NCBI RefSeq assembly: GCF_009914755.1
Contig: NC_060946.1
Source of the DNA: the human T2T-CHM13v2.0 reference genome, Homo sapiens
Length of the DNA: 64,000 nucleotides
Direction: 5' to 3' (one strand)
Shown: in pieces, positions 17,790 through 35,940 of the stretch
How the letters are laid out: each line of letters begins with the position of its first letter
Position numbering within the stretch: position 1 is the first letter of the stretch
Made by a program: the position numbers and the translations under genes
The notes under the pieces: model-generated
Seen by the model: only the letters and a program-made list of their open reading frames with translations
Database searches by the model: none
What the model was told of the DNA's origin: nothing

Positions 17790-19239
17790 GTGAGTACCCT
17801 TCGGTTCCCTTCTGTAAACCTCCCCTGAGCACTTACCTAGCCAGGAGTTAAGATGCAGAAGCAGTTATGAACCCCCTTCCCCATCAGGTGCTGCCCACCT
17901 GGAGGGGTAGGCAGGCATTCATTCAGTCGCTCATTTCACCAGGACTCCCAGCAACCGATAAAACAGACCAAAATTCCTCCCCTTGTGGCCTTAATACCAT
18001 AAGCCTTGTAGGCAGGACATTTTGGTCCCCTGAGGTAATATGAGGTAATATGAAGATTGGTTCAGCAATAGCAGAGCTACTGTACTTGGGGGTTAATATG
18101 CAACTTTTCTGTTCTTCAAGTGGTCATAAAAATTCTTAGAATCCCCTGGTTATGTCTCATGGTTCTTTCATTTACTCAGAAGGTATTTATTGGGCATCTT
18201 GTGTTGATCACAGCACTGTGAATCCAGAAATAAAAGCCAGTGCCTTTGCCAAGCTACAGAGTTAAAGAAAAGAAAAATGAAATGAATAAAAGTAAAAGAA
18301 AACCTGTGCCTGTCTACAAGGAGCTCAGGTCAGACGAGGGCAGGGATTGTGGCTATCAAGCACCTCCCATATGCCTAGCTAGGAGCCAGGCTTGGGAACT
18401 CTCAAATGGGTAATTCCCGGTCCTTGTTATCAGCTAGCTCACAACATGCTGACCTCAGGCTTTCTCTTACTCTAGCAGAAACAGGTATGTTTTACTTTGT
18501 GTCCCACTATGGATAGACTGCTGAATACATCAGGTATGTTCAAGCATTACCACATCTCTATTTGTTTCCGTATCTCAGTAACAGCAGAGATGAGCTGAGA
18601 ATGAATCAGAACGTGCCCTGTAGTGACATTGATATATTTCCTGAGGTACATCACGATAGTCTAGGGGACAAAGGGCGCAGGGAAGCCCAGTGTACTCTTT
18701 ATGTCTACACTTGATCTTAGCCAGAAGGCTGAGAAGTGATACTTTTTATGTCTTACCTCTGTTTCTGGTGACTACAGATAAGAGACTCATCCCTTGATTC
18801 ACTCATTCAGCAAATATGACTGAGCACCGTCTCTAAGCAGGACATTTGCCTTGTCCTCAGGGAGCATAGTTGGCAAGGAATCTAGACAGCAGCCCTTCTT
18901 GAGCTTGACATTGATCTTCTCATGAGGAGGACTGGGCTCCAGGTGGGGAAAGAACCCCATCCTCACTTGTGGGCTAGACGACCTGGGAGTCCACAGACAC
19001 TGAAGACACATCATTCTTCCTATTCATTTCAACCTTCCCTCGACAGATCTTCCTGGGACCAGGTCTTCAGGACAGTGTGAGCTAGGGTGAGCTCCTGAGC
19101 TGGTCTTGGGGGAAGTCAGGGTGGGCTTTCTGGGGAAGGTGAATCTAGGCTGACAGCAGGAGGCATTGATGAGATCTCTCTCCTTTTCAGTTTATTGAAG
19201 TGCTCTGGGCTGATGTCATTACATTTGTAACTTCCATGC

Positions 19240-21570
<2,331 letters not shown>

Positions 21571-21914
21571 AGTATTACCAAATTTGCATATTCAGTAAGA
21601 TGGAAAAAGGAGAACTGTCATCTTTAAAGTAACTGCTCTTCTCTGTTTACTTCTCTTGAGAGAGGATAAAGAGACTCAGACAGTACTTTCTTATAAAGGA
21701 AGAAGCTTTGAATTTGGTGAGATATATTTAGCTACAAATGAGCCAGTTGTTGGGGGCAAGTGGAGGGCTGGCCTCTGTGAAAATGGTTTAGACTAGAGGT
21801 TCCCAAACTTGCTCAACTCATGACTCAAGATTCCCAAACTTTCTCTACTCACTATGTCTCAGTAAATTTTTCATGGCATCCCTTAGCCAAAAGAAATACC
21901 TAACGGTTCTGGTT

Positions 21915-22915
21915 TTCGTTTTTTGAAACAGTGTCTTGCTCTGTTGCCCAGGCTGGAGTGCAGTGGTGCAATCACGGCACACTCTAGCCTCAACCTCTCT
22001 GGGCTCAAGTGATCATCCCACCTCACCCTCCCGAGTAGCTGGGACTGCAGGTATACACCACCACACCGAGCTTATTTTTGTATTTTTTGTAAAGTCAGGG
22101 TTTTGCTATGTTGCTCAGGCTGGTCTCGAACTCCTGGGCTTAAGCGATCTGCCCACCTCAGCCTCTCAAAGTGCTGGGATTATAGGCATGCACCACCGCG
22201 CCTGGCCTCTGTTAAGTAGTTAAGTTTGAACATCCTAATAGGTATTTAAATTGTCTTAACAGCTTAGTGGTCATTTGAAAAAATCATATGTCAAGTTGAA
22301 AGAAGAAATAATATTTTTTGCTAGGAGTGGTAGCACACACCTGTGGTCCCAGCTCCTCAGGAGACTGAGGTAGGAGAATCTCCTGAAACCACGAGTTTGA
22401 GGCTGCAGTTAGCTATGGTCACACCTGTGAATAGAGCCACTCCACTCCAGCCTGGACAACATAGTGAGACCATGTCTCTATTAAAAAAAAAAAAAAAGGT
22501 TGGGCACGGTGGCTCATACCTGTAATCCCAGCACTTAAGGAGGCTGAGGCGGGTGGATCACCTAAGGTCAGGAGTTTGAGACCAGCCTGGCCAACATGAT
22601 GAAACTCCGTGTCTACTAAAAATACAAAAATTAGCCAGGGATGGTAGCACGCACCTGTAATCCCAGCTACTCGGAAGGCTGAGACAGAATCACTTGAACC
22701 CAGGAGTCAGAGGTTGCCGTGAGCCGAGATTGTGCCACTGCACTCTGGGTGACAGAGCAAGACTCTGTCTCAAAAGAAAGAAAGAGAGAGAATATTTTGG
22801 ATTCTTAATAATTTCTTAGAAATCATGGTTATTAAGAATCCAAAATATTCTTTTATTTATTTATTTATTTTTTGAGATACAGCCTCACTCTGTTGCCCAG
22901 GCTGGAGTGGAATGG
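21915..22915. mobile_element. Alu cluster: AluJ(-) ~21915-22207, monomer(+) ~22320-22498, AluS(+) ~22499-22780, partial(-) ~22850-22915
   Basis: Recognisable Alu bodies in both orientations. Confidence 0.85.
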
Positions 22916-23443
22916 CTCTTCACAAGCATGGTGTCACTGTTTCTTACCAATACATGAACCTGTCAAGCACTGCACACCTCAAGCTTTGGAATCAGACTAG
23001 CAACCATCACTCTCTCTCTTTTCCACATTGATTTTCACACAGTACTATGACAGATATCACATCTCCAAAGGAAGCTAGTGTGGTCTCAATGCTGAGGCTG
23101 CATGCTCTCCCCATCTAGTCACTTACAGTGCCCAGCTGATGTTGAGCATCACTGTTTTCCTCGAAAGTTTAAAATAGCCAGTGGCTCCCTTGATCACTTG
23201 CTGTGGCACCTCAGACTGCCTTGGCACACGATTTGAGAGCCATGGGGTTAGACCGATGTTAGGGGACACAACCTGGGGTTGGGACTGGCCCAGGGATACT
23301 GAGTGGCTCTCAGGATCTAAACAGTTGTGGGGTTCTTGCCACAGCCTCTTTCACATCAGGCAATTAGCAGATGAGTTACAGGGGGAGGCTCCTAGGCCCC
23401 AGTTGGGGAAGATTCTGGTGTCTATAAAATTTAGGAAAACTTA

Positions 23444-23712
<269 letters not shown>

Positions 23713-25147
23713 TTAAGCTTAAAATACATTTTTACTTAGTGATTTCCACATTTGCCTTTCTGGTTCCTCTTGCCGTATGACCTGGACTAGGCTTTGCTTC
23801 TACTTGTAACATTTGGGCCCTCGTGAGGGACCAGTTGGTCCTCAGTTTCTCCTGGAGCAGCCACCAGGCTCCCTTGCTGATTGGACATGTGGAATTGGCT
23901 GTTCTTGGAAAGAGAGTTGGAGTCAACCGTTCAAATGTTCTGGGACCTCCGAAGCCCAGGAATCACGCCACCACCCCCCAATCTCCCTCCCTGCTCAGCT
24001 CCTCAACTGCTATTCTCCCACCATTGCAGTTATCAGCTCAGATTCAGTGAGTGCTTTGTGGAAGGTTGGCAGAGGGTCGCGAGGGTCCTCTACATTTGTT
24101 CTCCAGTATCCAGTATCAACACTGGTTACCAAAGAGGAAGGACGGACTATTGGTGCCCCTGGTCCCAGTGATTAGAAATGTAAGTGAAACACCCCACCTC
24201 ATCTCATAAGCTGCTTTGAGATTATGAGTGTGTGTCTATAGAACAGGTTGTTTTCTCTCAGACTCAGGCAGTGTCTCCAGGTTCCCCCTGGAGAGAGATA
24301 GTCTTCTCTGTCTGTGTCCTCGAGTGGCACTCTGACAGTGCTATTTCTGACCCTGGCATTCAAGTCTTCTGAAGCCGTTACATTCGCTGATGGCTACTTA
24401 GAGCCCAGTAAAGGTCAGAACCATCAGACTGAACCAGACCATGAAACAGCGCTGCTCCTGTGGGGGCGAGGGCTGGGGTGTGGAAGCGATGTCTGCGGGC
24501 CTCGGCCTGGCAGCCCCGCCCCTGGGCTCCCTGGGCTTTCTATCTTATGCTTCTCCCTCCCTCCTGTCTTCTGTCCTCAGTTCCTCACTCACCCTGGCCT
24601 GTTTCGGGGAGTGGTTATGGGTTGGAAGTCATGGGTGTTAGTGTGAAAATACCCTCACTCAAAAAGTGACAGAACTGAAAACGTGGTAGATGGTATTGTC
24701 CCTGCAGTTCTTGTCAGTGGGGTCCTGGAATGATGTTATCCTGGCAAGTGGAGGAGGGGCCCAGTGACCGGGGCCCTGGCTCTTTGAATTGTCCCACAAA
24801 GAGGCTTTCCAGGTTCCCCCTCTGTTCTTTCTCGCAGGCTGGTGTTCACATCAGGGGCTCATGCAGGGGTGCCATGGGGTTTCTGTAGGGGGCCGCCCTT
24901 GCAGGGCCAGCTTTGTGGGGGGAGTCTCTCAACCACCTGCACACAGATACTTGCCTGTACAGGGCCTGGGCTGTCCTCCCAGCTGCCCCTTCACTCCAGT
25001 GCCATCTGATGTGACCCTGACGGCTGGCCATGTGCCGAGCACTGTTCTAAACTTTACACGCAAAGTAAAAGTAAAAGAAAAATTAGTCAAAGCAGAATAA
25101 TTTTGCCTAAAATAGTCTAAAAGATATGTAATTAAAATGACATGATG

Positions 25148-25570
<423 letters not shown>

Positions 25571-25897
25571 TTACCCTGCAGGTTGAATGCCAGTAGGATC
25601 AGGCAGCCCCAGCAGGACAGGATGCAGCAGGGGCCCCACGCGTGCCTTGTGGCTGCTCCCTGCCCTCCTGCTGGGATGTGGACCTAGTCAGCAAGTCCAG
25701 CACACTCTACTGGTGGGCTTGCCCTAGTTTCCATGGTGGGCTTTACTTTCAGGTACCTGTGGGAGTCCTAGCCCTGTGCTGATCTTTCCCAGTCTCCCCC
25801 AAAGCCCACCTCCACCATGGTGCTTTCTGCACCCCACAGTGGCTGCAGCCAGCATTCTGCCACCTTGGTGTTACCCCTGGTCCTTGTCCTTCCACAG

Positions 25898-26066
25898 AGC
25901 TACTTCCTCAGCCGAGCCCAGAGCCTGTGTGGCCCCGAGCACAGTGCTGTTCCTGACTCCCTGCGCTGGCTCTGCCACCCCCTGGGCCAGAAGTTTTTCA
26001 TGGAGCGGAGCTGGTCTGTGAAGTCAGCTGCCAAGGAGAGTCTATACTGTGCCCAGAGGAACCCAG
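25898..26066 (+). CDS. SREBF2: SREBP-2 exon 12
   Basis: SYFLSRAQSLCGPEH…AQRNP; acag| and |gtgaga; 169 nt. Confidence 0.97.
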
Positions 26067-26181
26067 GTGAGAATACCTTGGAGCCATTCAGAATTGGAGA
26101 AAGCCATGCAAACCGCCGGTACTACAGAGTCACTGCACCAGACACGCGGAGACACGGGTTGTCTCTTAATCTTGTTGAGTC

Positions 26182-26215
26182 CGTTTGTTTGTTTGTTTGT
26201 TTGTTTGTTTGTTTG
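26182..26215. repeat. (GTTT)n microsatellite
   Basis: About 8 perfect GTTT units. Confidence 0.9.
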
Positions 26216-27604
26216 AACCAAAGCTCAGGGAGGTTGAGTAACTTGCCTAAGGTCACAAGCCTGATCAGAAATTGTCAGTGGCTAAGCTGGGTGTGCAGCT
26301 CTGCTCTCTCTAACATTCAGAGCCCATGGTCCTTACATCACACAGCAATAAATTGTGATTAAGCTCCAAGGGTACTCTTAGCCCTTGTTTTGGGCACTTT
26401 GGAGACACAAAGGATGTGTGAGGCTTGCTTTCCCTGGCCTCCAGGTCTCTCCCATTGGGAGAGCAGACAGACATAAATGGAGAGTTTGGGAACAATAGGT
26501 GGCAGGCAGTCATCAACTGCTCAGAGTGGTGACAGGGACGAGGCTTCAGGCATTGGAAGGAGGTGCTGGCTTTCTGTTCCTGGCATTTGATAGTGATTGG
26601 AGTTGACTCGCCCGGCCTTGGAGCAGTAGAGGCTGGTCAGGATTGACTTAGACCTTGAGTGCTCAGTGGCTGTCTGCTTTCTGCTGTACTTTTCCTCCCC
26701 TCTCAGAATTGGAGTCTGTGGGGAGAGTAAGGTTCTACAGGTATAGGGGTGTGTGTCACACATTGGGGGAGTTCACTGTCCTTTTCTTTTTTAAATAATA
26801 ACTGTATTGCTCAACGTGAGAATTGTGTGCAACACCAAAATATAAAGGATGAAAGCAAAAGCAATCCTAAATCTTTCTACCCCACCCCTGCTGGCTAAAC
26901 ATGGACTTCTCAGTGGCTTTGTCATCTCTGGCAGTCTCTGGCTCCAGGCCTTGTTACCTGGAATGTGTTCATAAGTGTCCCTCCTCCTGGTCATTAGATC
27001 GAGGCCCACATATCTGCCACATGTGAGGAGAGAGAAGGGGCTGGTGATTTGAGGCCTGCCAGTAAAGAAACTTGCTGGTGACAGTCAGCTATCCAAGCAT
27101 TGCAAGGCCCCGTGTCTAGCCAGTTCAGACAGGTCACTGCTGATGGCACGTTCCATGACAAGGCTCTGGAAAAACCGGAGCATGTTCTTCGTTGTCATGA
27201 GCGTGGCAGCAGCTACCACCTTTTTTTCCTTGCCTGGTGGTTCTCCTTAGCCACATGGAGAAGAGAAATCCTCTGAGACATTCCATTTTCTGTTTTCTGA
27301 TCCAACTCCACCTGACAGCTCCCAACCTTAGAGTACTGAGCACTGTGCCAGGAGACACAGCACCCTCCCCCACACCCCCTCCCCACCGGAGCTCATCCAG
27401 AACTAGTCTTGAGCTCTTCAGGCTGGGAGTGAACACTCTCCCCCATCCTCCAACTGTTTAGCACAGTAGTTCTGGGCTTTGGTGGAGAAGGGGCATCTGA
27501 TCCCCATTCACAAGGCATGGCTGTGTTTGGAGTTTCTCTCCGTAAAGACAAAGTGGGCTCATAAATGAGCTCCATTTAACCCCCCTTGCCTGTCTCTTTT
27601 CCAG

Positions 27605-27722
27605 CTGACCCCATTGCGCAGGTCCACCAGGCCTTCTGCAAGAACCTGCTGGAGCGAGCTATAGAGTCCTTGGTGAAACCTCAGGCCAAGAAGAAGGCTG
27701 GAGACCAGGAAGAAGAGAGCTG
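27605..27722 (+). CDS. SREBF2: SREBP-2 exon 13
   Basis: DPIAQVHQAFCKNLLE…DQEEES; ccag| and |gtaaag; 118 nt. Confidence 0.96.
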
Positions 27723-27924
27723 GTAAAGTCCCCAGACCAGTCCCCCTGCCTTAGGACCTGTCCACGCAGGCAACTCCAGGACAGCCTGAAGGCCTGCACT
27801 CCTGGAGGGAAACAAGCCTGGCATCGGGTTGGCAGGGCAATCAAATGGTTCCTTTGTATTTAATTTCTCAAAAATGAGAGCCCTATGTTAACTCTGACCT
27901 GGCCTTTCCTCCTAGACCAAGTGC

Positions 27925-29443
<1,519 letters not shown>

Positions 29444-29836
29444 CCAAAGTCACTTTCCTACAAGGCCCAGATCCTGATTAGGGTGCACCTGAGGAGAGGG
29501 GGAGGGGGCAGTTCTGCCTGGGAGATAAGAAAACTTTTGGGAGGAGATGACACTGGACTTGGGGCTTAAGGAGAGGAGTGAGGGTAGGCTGTGGGGGATG
29601 CTAGGGAAAGGCCCCCAGTAGAGGGAAGAGTGTCAGTGACAGCCCAGAGACACGGAGGAAGGATGTCTGAGGAATACAAAGGGTACACATAGACAGCGCT
29701 TGCGTGTGCCTGGGATGACAGGAAAGGGACAGAAATGGCCATTGGGTCTTAGAGCTGGAGAGCTGAACAGCTAGGCCATGAGGTGGGCCTTGTGTATATG
29801 TTTTGATGTACATGGGACCCTTTCTTTTCTTCCTAG

Positions 29837-29946
29837 TGAATTCTCCAGTGCTCTGGAGTACTTGAAATTACTTCATTCTTTTGTGGACTCTGTGGGGGTT
29901 ATGAGCCCCCCACTCTCCAGCAGCTCCGTGCTCAAGTCCGCCCTGG
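29837..29946 (+). CDS. SREBF2: SREBP-2 exon 14
   Basis: EFSSALEYLKLL…SPPLSSSSVLKSAL; ctag| and |gtaagc; 110 nt. Confidence 0.97.
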
Positions 29947-30895
29947 GTAAGCACCTGCGGGTGGCCCACAGTCTCAGGGTGCTCAGTTCAGGTCTTCACA
30001 GTGCTTTTGCCCCAGGGGTCCAGGGCGTTAGGAGTGTAGATGCCAGCATCTTCTCTGGATCCCAGGTTCATACCTGTGGCTCCAGTTCACAGTCACCCCC
30101 TCCCAAACAGCACTCAGAGGCAGGAAACTATGGTTTTCAGAGAAGTAGGGCAATGAGTAATTGAATGTCTTCCTCAAGCCCTAGCTGTGTGACCCAGGTG
30201 AGGACCCTTCTTAATGCCCAGAAGAACAAGCAATGAGTGGCCCAGGCACCAGGGATGGTGGGGAGTCACCTTTCAGATGCACAGTGGCCCCTGAGGCAGC
30301 TCTTGGGCCTTATGCTCTTTGCTGAAGAGACTTTTCATCTGGGCCTCTCTACCACTCCTCAGCCCCTCATCACATCAGTGTCACAGCACAGCCCACTGAC
30401 TGGATTGACATCATGACATTTCTTTGCTTCTGTCCCTAAACTGCCATCAGGATGATAGCACATCAGCTGCCAACTCTTGGGCTTCTGTGGCCACCCTGGA
30501 AGATGGGGGTACCAAGCTACCGCTGGTCACTCTCCCTAGGGAGGGAGGGATCCCAGAAAATCAGCCACCCTATCATGATCCCTGACCTGTGGCCTCTGTT
30601 TTCAAGTTTAGGGAAGCATGACCATCCCCGCTGGTTTTGTGGGATCACTACTGTCATCATTTTGCAGTTGAGAAAACTAAGGCTGAGAGAGGAGAAGACT
30701 TAAAATATTCTAACAGGAGCCTGTTCCAGATACTTTGAAGATACCATTCTTTATGGCTATTGAAAGCTTAGGTTGTATCCATCTTTTTATTTAAAAACAA
30801 CACTGCAGTCAAATATGTGTTAAACTTTTTTCTCTCTAAGCCAGTTTCATTATGACAGACTGCCAAAAATGGGATTACTAGCTTAACGGGAGTGA

Positions 30896-31198
<303 letters not shown>

Positions 31199-31433
31199 AA
31201 CCAGGAATGAACATTTTTAAGGCTCTTGATATATATTGCCAAACACTTTCCAAGATTGTGCTGGTCTATTCCCCTCCCCCAGAATCCTGGGTGTGGGAGC
31301 CCAGAGGCTGCTGGCCCGTTCCCAGCAGGCAAAGATGTTACCCATCTCCTAGGAAGGAAGTGTAGCAGCCTCTGAGCGCCACAGGTCTCGTTTCTGTGGG
31401 TGCTGGAGTGCGTTTGGTGCTGTTCTCCTCTAG

Positions 31434-31566
31434 GTCCAGACATCATCTGTCGGTGGTGGACGTCTGCAATCACTGTGGCCATCAGCTGGCTCCAGGGAGA
31501 CGATGCAGCTGTGCGCTCTCATTTTACCAAAGTGGAACGCATCCCCAAGGCCCTGGAAGTGACAGA
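31434..31566 (+). CDS. SREBF2: SREBP-2 exon 15
   Basis: PDIICRWWTSAITVAISW…KALEVT; ctag| and |gtgcgt; 133 nt. Confidence 0.96.
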
Positions 31567-33114
31567 GTGCGTAACCCTCCTTGGCCACTCACTTGCTTCT
31601 CTCCAGGGGAATCTTGTTTGAGTTAGCAGGAGCAAACTGGACTGGGTGGGCGTGTTGGGGTGAAGGGTCAGGACTGCATGACAGGTGGGCGGCTAGAAAA
31701 GTCGGGGGTGAGGGCACCATGGAGAACTCAAGTTGGGCCAGCAGGTCCTCTGTGCAAGTGTCCTGCTCTGCACAACACGACAGTTGTCCCAGCAGCTGTC
31801 AGCACTGTGTCCGGGTCCTCCTCCCTGCAGCCTTCATGGCGCCACAGGCTGAAAAGAAGAGACGAGAGCAGTGTGGCCCCCAGCATCTTCAGAAGCTTTG
31901 TGGTGGAGGCAGGCACTGGTGGTTCACAATCAGTGCAGAGAGGCCACTGTTGCCCCCAAAACTCATGTGCACTGGAGCATCTTGCCCCTGTGTGCTAGCA
32001 TTTTATCCACTTTCCTTCCAGCCACCTCCACCCCCACCATCAACCCTGGCAACTTTGTCCTGTAACTAAAATAGCCTTTAGCACATGGCATAACCGGAGA
32101 GCTTTTGACATTCCTCTTTGGAGATTCATGTCTGCGTCTTGGGGGCATTCGGCACTAGTGATGGGCAGCCCTGCCTGCTGACTCCCCGGCTGTTTCTAAT
32201 TGGATCTGAGTATTCTAAGAGAAACTGTAAAATGCTCCAAGACAGAAAGGCCCCACGAGGTCCTATCCTTAGAGCCAAGGCTGTAGCATTTCCTATCAAG
32301 CAGACCCTTAACCGGCGCACAGGAAGGAGCTGAGAAGAGTGAGTATACACAGGCTTGAAGTCCTTTGTTCCCTGAAGTAGATGTGACACCCTAATTTCAT
32401 TGAAGTAGCCCCATTTGTAAGCACTCTGACTAGATAAGCACCCAGCCCGGTATAGCATTCCACCTGTATGTGTGTCTCCCCCAGTCGATGTGCCTGAGGA
32501 CACTGAGACTCAGCAGGTAAGTTGTCCAAAGTCACCTCGCTCCAGAGCAGCAGAGCTTCCATGGACAGCCAAGACACCCCTGCAGGCACTGCTGCCTGCT
32601 GGATTCACTTACCCCTGGGTCCCTCTGCTTTTCAGGGACTAGGATGCTATGAGAACCCTCCCCCATCCCTAGCCTCCCCTTCCACTCCCAGTCTCCTCTA
32701 CAGAAAGAAGCTAACTAAGTATCTCCAGAGAGTTTAATACCACATCTCTGCGGGGGTGGTCCCTTAAAGAACGGGTACAACACCTTATTGTGGCCACTTT
32801 ATAGGTAAGGAAACTGAGGCACACGTTGGAATGACTATCTTGGGTGGCTTCTTAGCAGCAGACGTGATGGTGAAGCCTGTGTCTCTGACTTCCAGCATTG
32901 AATGAAGGTGCTAAAGGGTGGGGCGCTAACCCTAGCTCAGGGCTGGCATTTCAGATCTGGAGCTGGTGGCATGGTGCCATAGTGGCAGCATTGGAGTCAA
33001 CAGATGCACATGTCATATCAGTGTGGGGCGTGGCAGTCACTGGCTTGGGCCCCTCTGCCTGTCACGCAGGTGACACATAGTGACCTGCCTCTCGACTCCC
33101 TGTCACTGCTGCAG

Positions 33115-33283
33115 GAGCCCCCTGGTGAAGGCCATCTTCCATGCCTGCAGAGCCATGCATGCCTCACTCCCTGGGAAAGCAGATGGGCAGCAGAGTTCCT
33201 TCTGCCATTGCGAGAGGGCCAGTGGCCACCTATGGAGCAGCCTCAACGTCAGTGGGGCCACCTCTGACCCTGCCCTCAACCAC
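33115..33283 (+). CDS. SREBF2: SREBP-2 exon 16
   Basis: SPLVKAIFHACRAMH…DPALNH; gcag| and |gtgagt; 169 nt. Confidence 0.97.
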
Positions 33284-33728
33284 GTGAGTGGGAGCTGAGT
33301 TGGCCCCTGGGGGAGGTGCTCTGCACTGGTTTACGAGAACACTCCCACTCACCTCATGCTGACCCTGCGGGTGGGGCCATCCGAAAGACAGAGAAACCAG
33401 GACAGCAGCCCCCTTTCAAAAAAGTTACGGCTTATTGGCCTAGGTGGACTCCTTTTTCATCCCTTTTCAGCCTCTGAGGCAAGCGTGTTTCTACCTGCAC
33501 CTTTCTTAGGCTCCCAGAGTCCCAGGTCCTGCTGGCCCATAGCCTCTGTAAGCCCAGGTGCACCCCAGCTGGCCAGGGGTTCACCTGCATTTGCTCCAGC
33601 GGTTTGCGTGACTTCCCAGGCCTCTGCAGGCAGCCTTGGAGTGGGTTCCTGCCCCCTCGGGCACACAAACAGAGCTGAAGACCACCCTGGGCACCTCCTT
33701 GGCTGGCCGCATACCTCCTGGCGGGCAG

Positions 33729-33797
33729 CTGTGGTGCATTGTAGTTGCATTGCATGTTCTGGTGGTACCCATGCAATGTTTCCACAGTGCATCACAG
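33729..33797 (+). ncRNA. MIR33A: pre-miR-33a hairpin in SREBF2 intron 16
   Basis: Contains miR-33a-5p GTGCATTGTAGTTGCATTGCA (33734-33754) and 3p CAATGTTTCCACAGTGCATCAC (33774-33795); the arms pair; basal stem GGCGGGC/GCCTGCC; CNNC motif (CCTC) at 33811. Confidence 0.98.
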
Positions 33798-34163
33798 AGG
33801 CCTGCCTGGCCCTCGAGAGACTGCCCTGACTGAAGGCCCTATCAGGTGGGGGAGGGGATCCTGATAGAGGGCACTGCTGCCACTGTTGGGGCCCAAGTCA
33901 CAGCCATCCCAGGAAACAGGAGGGCACCCAGCTGAAAGTGGAGCATCACCTGGTCTACGGGGAACATGTCCTTAGCTCCAGAGTGGGAGGGACCGGGAGA
34001 GTCCTGGAGATTCAGATTCTCAGCCACTCCCTGGGGCTTGGTCTTAGCTGGCTAGGCTAGTACTTCAAGCTAGATATTGTCAGTGGACCTGGGCACTGGG
34101 ATGAACCCAGGACAGCGTGGCAGCCCCTACAGGGACAGGCAATGTGCAGAAAAGGCCCAAACT

Positions 34164-34454
34164 GGCTGGACGCGGTGGCTCACACCTGTAATCCCAGCAC
34201 TTTGGGAAGCTGAGGTGGGCAGATCACCTGAGGTCAGGAGTTCGAGACCAGCCTGACCAACATGGTGAAACCCCGTTTGTACTAAAAATACAAAAATAAG
34301 CCAGGTGTGGTGGCATGTATCTGTAATCCCAGCTACTCAGGAGGCTGAGGCAGAAGAATCACTTGAACCCAGGAGGTAGAGGTTGCAGTGAGTCGAGATT
34401 GCACCACTGCACTCCAGCCTGGGCAACAGAGCGAGACTCCATCTTTAAAAAAAA
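34164..34454 (+). mobile_element. AluS
   Basis: Sense Alu dimer. Confidence 0.9.
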
Positions 34455-35754
34455 GCTGGTGGGGGTGCCCAAATGCCCTGGGCTGCCAAGACCAAAGGCA
34501 GATGGTGAGCCACATTTCACCTTCTCTTTTGGGCTTTCCATTAGTCTCTTCCGTATTTGTCTTCATGAGAGAACCAAACAGTACAGGCTCAGTTTGGGGA
34601 ATGAGAGGCTTGCAGCCACCCTTTGGACTGGGGTTCCTTGGTAGCAGCTCTGTGGTAGGAAAGTGAGCCTAGAAGACAACGCCATGCAGCCTGATGGCCC
34701 TCAGAGGGCAGAATCCAGACATAGGCCTGCTGCCTCCATGCCCACAGGCGCTTCTGCAGCATGCACAGCTTAGAAGTGCCAGGTTTTGAGGAGAGGGATC
34801 CTTTTCCACATCCCCTTGAAGCACACAACAGCCAGAAAACAGTGTAGGCAAGGATCAAGGCCTTGTGCAGGGACAGGGCAGGGTCTTCCTCAGGCCCAGT
34901 GTCCTGGGAAGGAGGAAAGCCAGGGCTGGGTGAGATGAGGCTCAGTCTGAGGGAGTTCATCAGGACCGGAGGGCTGCTTGCGGCCCATCTCAACAAGGAC
35001 TCCTCACTGCTCGGTGTCGTGCAGGTGTGCCACTGCGAGCCGGGTGGGCAGCCCAGCCCCATAGGTCGTAGGCAGAGAGTATGCATGGCCCACATGCAGT
35101 ACCTTCTCATATGATACAACAGCCCTGTGATGGTGCCATTTACATTTTTTTGAATGAAGAAACTGAGGCTCAGAGAGACTAAGTCCTATGCCAGGGTCAT
35201 GTAGCTAGTAAGTGGCAAAGCCGGGTCAGTAGGCCTAGTCCCCAAGCACTAAGGCACTCTGTGGTTCTGTCTTCTGAGACACCTGTCTCCCTCTCCCACT
35301 CCTCCTCCTCCTTCCCCCAGCCCCATCGACAGGCTCTGCTGCCACTTCAGGCTTTTCCTTGGTACCTTGTGGGTATCTCAGTCTCCTAGCCAGCCATGGT
35401 GGGACTCCCATGGGGTGGAAGAACCTGCGCCTTCAACCCACAAGGGTTTTATTTCTGCCCCTGCCACCTGCCTGTGCTGTATTCCCTATACAAGCTGCTG
35501 TCCCTGTCAGAGCCTTGCTTTCTCACCTGCAGAATGGGGAGGGCTTGTCTCCCACCTCCTGGGGCCATGGAAGGAACTGGTTCTCCCCTGAGCTGTTCCC
35601 TCACGTTCTGCGGAGTTCACCAGACTCTGGGGCTCTCCACTTCCTCCCAGAGCTGCTGAGTGTTGGTCTGGGGAGAGGCCTGGTAGGTGCTAGGATCCTT
35701 GCCTCAGGGATGGGCCAGTCACCTGTCTCCCCTCTCTCGTGGCTGACCCCACAG

Positions 35755-35940
35755 GTGGTCCAGCTGCTCACCTGTGACCTGCTACTGTCGCTACGGACAG
35801 CGCTCTGGCAAAAACAGGCCAGTGCCAGCCAGGCTGTGGGGGAGACCTACCACGCGTCAGGCGCTGAACTGGCGGGCTTCCAACGGGACCTGGGCAGCCT
35901 GCGCAGGCTGGCACACAGCTTCCGCCCAGCATACCGCAAG
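35755..35940 (+). CDS. SREBF2: SREBP-2 exon 17
   Basis: [14 protein letters not shown]…FRPAYRK; acag| and |gtgagg; 186 nt. Confidence 0.97.

Noticed and set aside
21795-23245. Possible hAT/Charlie DNA transposon termini (ggttcccaaactt … ggcacacgatttgagagcc)
   Set aside because: Too degenerate and too interrupted by Alus to assign without a Dfam search
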